Assembly: GCA_043747615.1 (NCBI GenBank)
Contig: JAYTOU010000076.1
Location: forward strand, 1-64,000
Direction: 5' to 3'
DNA length: 64,000 nt
Origin: Myxococcales bacterium
GTDB lineage: Bacteria > Myxococcota_A > Polyangia > Polyangiales > Polyangiaceae
In this document: piece after piece, positions 60,643 through 64,000 of the stretch
Layout: the number at the start of each line of letters is the position of its first letter
Position numbering within the stretch: position 1 is the stretch's first letter
Program-made: the position numbers and the translations under genes
Notes under the pieces: model-generated
The model's database searches: none
Told to the model about the DNA's origin: nothing
Seen by the model: only the letters and a program-made list of their open reading frames with translations

Positions 60643-61953
60643 TTACGGCGCGGGCCATAGATCTACGCCACCGGCGAAAGACGGCTGCGACGTGAACGGG
60701 ACCGGCCCGAGCGGCGTCACTCCGCCGTCGGCGACCGCTACGGAGACGAGGCTCGACGTCGAGCCGCCGTCCGAGAGGTACTGGGTGGACGGTCCCAGCA
60801 AGGAGCCTTTTCCGTCGTACGCGAACACGTCCGGTGCTCGGGGGATCGTCGCTCCGAGGAGCGCGGTGGTCACGTCCCAAATCCGGGTCTCGTCCCCGGC
60901 CCCGTAGCGAAATCCGATGGCCACGTGATCCGCGTCGAGGATCGCAAAGGCCGCAGGAAAGTCCTTCGTTTTAAGATCGAGCACGGTCGACGTCGTGCCC
61001 GTCGTGAGAACGAGATCGTCGATCTGGCGCTGGGCAACATCACCGACGCCTGCATCTCCCGGAAGAAGATTGTTGCAGCCGGCGCTGACCATGAGCAAGC
61101 GATCGCGCGGGGCGTCGTAGAACATGCTCACGGGGTTAAAGCCGTTGGTGCGGATGCCTCCCACGCCGGCGTCGCCGAAGGGAACGATGGTGTCGGTGTT
61201 CACGTCGATGGCGATCACGATCGGCTTGGTCGCCCCGCAGAGCGTGTAGAAGCCCATCGGATCGGTGTTCGTGAGATCGAAGTTTCCGAGGAGCACGTAG
61301 ACCCGCTGCTTGGCCGCGACGTACACGGCCGCGGTCATGTCGACGTGCCCGTCCTTGTCGGTCGGCACGAGGTAAGAGCTCAGATCGATCGAGGAGGTCG
61401 GCGTCGCAGCGTCGAGGCTCTGCGCGGTGTTGATGACCGCGATTTTGTTGCGGTTGAAACGGAGCACGTAGGCCTTGTTTCCCGGCACGGCGATGACGGC
61501 GACGGGATCAGCGTATGCTTTGCCGCCGTCGTACGTGTCGTCGAGGGCCACGTTCCACGAGCCGCCCGCCTTCCACGGCGCCGTCGGATCGAGCTTCACG
61601 ATCAGATCTTTGTCCTGCTCCATGAGGTACGGCGTCGCGCCTTGCAGGAAGGTCGCGCCGATCTTTCCGGGGTAGGCGAACGTGCCGTCCACCCGCCGCC
61701 CGGAGATGCTGTACGCGGCCATCTCGCTCCGCGCGGAGTAATTCAGCGAAAGGAGCATCCAGGGCGGAGTAGGGGCGGCGTCGGCGCTCGCTTCGCGCGG
61801 GGTGGCGTCGAGGACTGCCGGGCTGTCGACGTAGCTGCCGTCCGGCCCTCCGGCGTCTGCTCCGAACGTGGTGTCGTCACCGCCGCACGCGAAGAGGAGC
61901 GCGCCGCCATTGCCGAGCGCAAGACACACTGCTGCTAATGCTTTAAATTTCAT
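60643..61953 (-). CDS. Cobalamin-riboswitch-associated lipoprotein, predicted beta-propeller (candidate B12-binding)
   Basis: LFAC lipobox; blade-like repeats (NKAYVLRF..KIAVIN, QRVYVLL, IVIAIDVNTDTI, GFNP); directly downstream of the riboswitch. Confidence 0.75.
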   Translation of the reverse strand: MKFKALAAVCLALGNGGALLFACGGDDTTFGADAGGPDGSYVDSPAVLDATPREASADAAPTPPWMLLSLNYSARSEMAAYSISGRRVDGTFAYPGKIGATFLQGATPYLMEQDKDLIVKLDPTAPWKAGGSWNVALDDTYDGGKAYADPVAVIAVPGNKAYVLRFNRNKIAVINTAQSLDAATPTSSIDLSSYLVPTDKDGHVDMTAAVYVAAKQRVYVLLGNFDLTNTDPMGFYTLCGATKPIVIAIDVNTDTIVPFGDAGVGGIRTNGFNPVSMFYDAPRDRLLMVSAGCNNLLPGDAGVGDVAQRQIDDLVLTTGTTSTVLDLKTKDFPAAFAILDADHVAIGFRYGAGDETRIWDVTTALLGATIPRAPDVFAYDGKGSLLGPSTQYLSDGGSTSSLVSVAVADGGVTPLGPVPFTSQPSFAGGVDLWPAP

Positions 61954-62004
61954 TTTTTCAACCTCAGGCTGCGCTCGCCCGCGCACGCCAAATTACGGAT
62001 CACC

Positions 62005-62164
62005 CGCGCGTGGTCCGGTTTCCGGACTCCCAGATCGTCCTCCCTCGTGCCCTTCCCAGGTCCCCTGCGAAGCAGGATTTCCCAGTGGATATGCGCGAGA
62101 TCGTCCCTGGTCACCGTGGCGGGGGCCGTGCCGGATTCAAACCGGCTTCCCTTGACCACGCGCG
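62005..62164 (-). promoter_or_regulatory. Cobalamin (B12) riboswitch
   Basis: Minus strand AAGGGAAGCCGGTTTGAATCCGGCACGGCCCCCGCCACGGTGA..CCACTGGG..CTGGGAAGG..AGTCCGGAAACC, enclosed by an 11-bp stem CGCGCGTGGTC/GACCACGCGCG. Confidence 0.92.
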
Positions 62165-62238
62165 TACGTCTGCGCGTTTTTTGCAGTATGCAACCAACGT
62201 TCGACGCGGCCTCTAGCTACCAAAGCGCGCGGTGCGAG

Positions 62239-63438
62239 TCACGCGCCAAGTTTATTCAGGACGATGTCGAGGAGATGATCCGCGAGGGCACGCTTGGACA
62301 TTTTCGCGAGCGCTTCGGTGCTCTCGGCCGACACGATCATCGCCCGATTGTCGTCTCCGCCGAAGCCGTCGCTCGCTGCGTTGGCCACCACGAGATCGAT
62401 CTTTTTCTTTTCGAGCTTTCCGCGGGCGTACGCGGCAATCTCTTCGTCGCTCCCGGTCTCCACGGCGAAGCCCACGAGGAGCGGCTTCGTTCCGGACCGG
62501 GCCGCTCCGAGCTCGGCGAGAAGATCCGGATTTCGCACGAGCGTGATCGAGGCTGTTTCTCCGTCTTTTTTTAGCTTTCCCGGGCTGACTTCGGCCGGCC
62601 TGTAGTCGGCGACCGCTGCCGACATGATCACGGCGTCGGCATCCTTCGCGGCCGCGGCGAGCGCCTCTCGCATCTCCATCGCGGCGCGAACGTCGACGCG
62701 CTTCACACCCGACGGCGTGCTCAGGCTCACCGGCCCGGCGATGAGCGTCACCTCGGCGCCGCGTGCCGCCGCTCGCTCGGCGATCGCGAAGCCCATCTTT
62801 CCCGTTGACCGATTTCCGAGGAAGCGAACCGGATCCAGATCCTCGAGCGTCGGCCCCGCCGTGACCACGATCTTCTTCTTGTGAAGGTTGCTGGGAGCGA
62901 GCGCACGCACGATCGCCTGGAAGACTTCGGTGGGGTCGCTCATACGACCGAGACCGGTATCGCCCGATGCCACCTCCCCAAAGACGGGCCCGACGATGGT
63001 CACCCTTCCCTGCCGCGCGAGCGCCGACACATTTTTTTCCGTCGCCGGATGGGCCCACATTCGCGGATGCATGGCCGGCACCGCGAGGACCGGACCGCGC
63101 GCACACAAGGCGAGCGCCGACACGAGATCGTCGCAGCGACCCGCTGCGAGGCGCGCGAGCAGATCCGCGGTTGCCGGCACGATGACGAGGAGGTCTGCCT
63201 CTGCGCTGAGCGTTACGTGAAGCTCCCCGGAGAATTTCGGATCCCACACGTCATCGCGGACGCTCTCGCCGCAGATCCCGGACAGGGTGATGGGCCCAAC
63301 GAAGTGCTTTGCAGAAGCGGTCATCACCGGGATGACCCGTGCGCCTGCCTTGAGGCACAAGCGGGCGACCTCGACGCTCTTGTAAGCGGCGATGCTGCCG
63401 GTCACGGCGAGGACCACGGTTTTTCCGGCGAGGGACAT
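62239..63438 (-). CDS. coaBC: Bifunctional phosphopantothenoylcysteine decarboxylase/ligase
   Basis: [59 protein letters not shown]. Confidence 0.96.
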   Translation of the reverse strand: MSLAGKTVVLAVTGSIAAYKSVEVARLCLKAGARVIPVMTASAKHFVGPITLSGICGESVRDDVWDPKFSGELHVTLSAEADLLVIVPATADLLARLAAGRCDDLVSALALCARGPVLAVPAMHPRMWAHPATEKNVSALARQGRVTIVGPVFGEVASGDTGLGRMSDPTEVFQAIVRALAPSNLHKKKIVVTAGPTLEDLDPVRFLGNRSTGKMGFAIAERAAARGAEVTLIAGPVSLSTPSGVKRVDVRAAMEMREALAAAAKDADAVIMSAAVADYRPAEVSPGKLKKDGETASITLVRNPDLLAELGAARSGTKPLLVGFAVETGSDEEIAAYARGKLEKKKIDLVVANAASDGFGGDDNRAMIVSAESTEALAKMSKRALADHLLDIVLNKLGA

Positions 63439-63551
63439 GTGCCCAAGAGACTAGACGACCTTCGGCAGGCTGTGTCGCGCGATCACCATCACACGCGCCT
63501 CCTTGGGACCGTGCTCGACCGCGACCGCAAGCGCGACTAGATTGCGCAAAC

Positions 63552-64000
63552 ATGGGTCTCTCGATCGGAATCGTCGGCCTCCCCAACGTGGGAAAGTCGA
63601 CCCTCTTCAATGCATTGTCCTCGGCCAAGGCCGAAGCGGCCAACTACCCTTTTTGCACGATCGAGCCGAACGTCGGCATCGTCATCGTGCCCGATGAGCG
63701 CCTCGCCGCGCTCGACGCGGTGGTTCACGCCGACAAAATCGTCCCGACGGCGATCGAGTTCGTCGACATCGCCGGCCTCGTCCGCGGAGCGTCGAAGGGT
63801 GAAGGGCTGGGGAACCAGTTTTTGAGCCACATTCGCGAGGTCGACGCCATCGTCCAGGTTGCGCGCTGCTTCGAAGATCCAAACGTGATCCACGTGGAGA
63901 ACCGCGTCGATCCCGTTGGCGACATCAGCACCGTGACCACCGAGCTCTGTCTGAAGGACATGGAGACCGTTGGCAAACGCCTCGACAAGGCGCGCAAGAT
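63552..64000 (+). CDS. ychF: Redox-regulated ATPase YchF (partial, runs off the window)
   Basis: Hand translation: [61 protein letters not shown]. Confidence 0.96.
   Translation, partial: MGLSIGIVGLPNVGKSTLFNALSSAKAEAANYPFCTIEPNVGIVIVPDERLAALDAVVHADKIVPTAIEFVDIAGLVRGASKGEGLGNQFLSHIREVDAIVQVARCFEDPNVIHVENRVDPVGDISTVTTELCLKDMETVGKRLDKARK

Overview
High-GC chromosomal window, most likely from a myxobacterium (Polyangiaceae/Labilithrix-like). This is inferred from gene content: eukaryotic-like Ser/Thr kinases, a 3,793-aa TPR protein, a DnaK paralog, and many Cys-rich lipoproteins. It starts in the right end of an IS630-family element and ends inside ychF. Housekeeping blocks: queG-TPR-meaB; rpsP-KH-rimM-trmD-SPOUT methyltransferase; mutY; nadB; etfBA-dnaX-ybaB-recR-ridA; coaBC. 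Accessory or signalling blocks: an ECF sigma/anti-sigma/lipoprotein/LpxL/J-protein/DnaK run, two convergent TolC genes, a sigma54 response regulator, two Ser/Thr kinases, a 2-oxoacid dehydrogenase E1a-E1b-E2 operon, and a cobalamin riboswitch upstream of a predicted beta-propeller lipoprotein. Most unusual observations: (1) an intact but apparently catalytically dead E1-alpha beside intact E1-beta and E2; (2) a DnaK flanked by two proteins sharing one winged-helix-like domain; (3) a TPR protein ending in a TFIIB/TFB cyclin-repeat-like HTH; (4) a candidate trans-envelope kinase module whose kinase seems to need a CTG start; (5) two decayed genes, a REC-GGDEF remnant and a plsC with compensating frameshifts. 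All calls come from reading motifs by eye; no database searches were run. No rRNA, tRNA or CRISPR array was seen.
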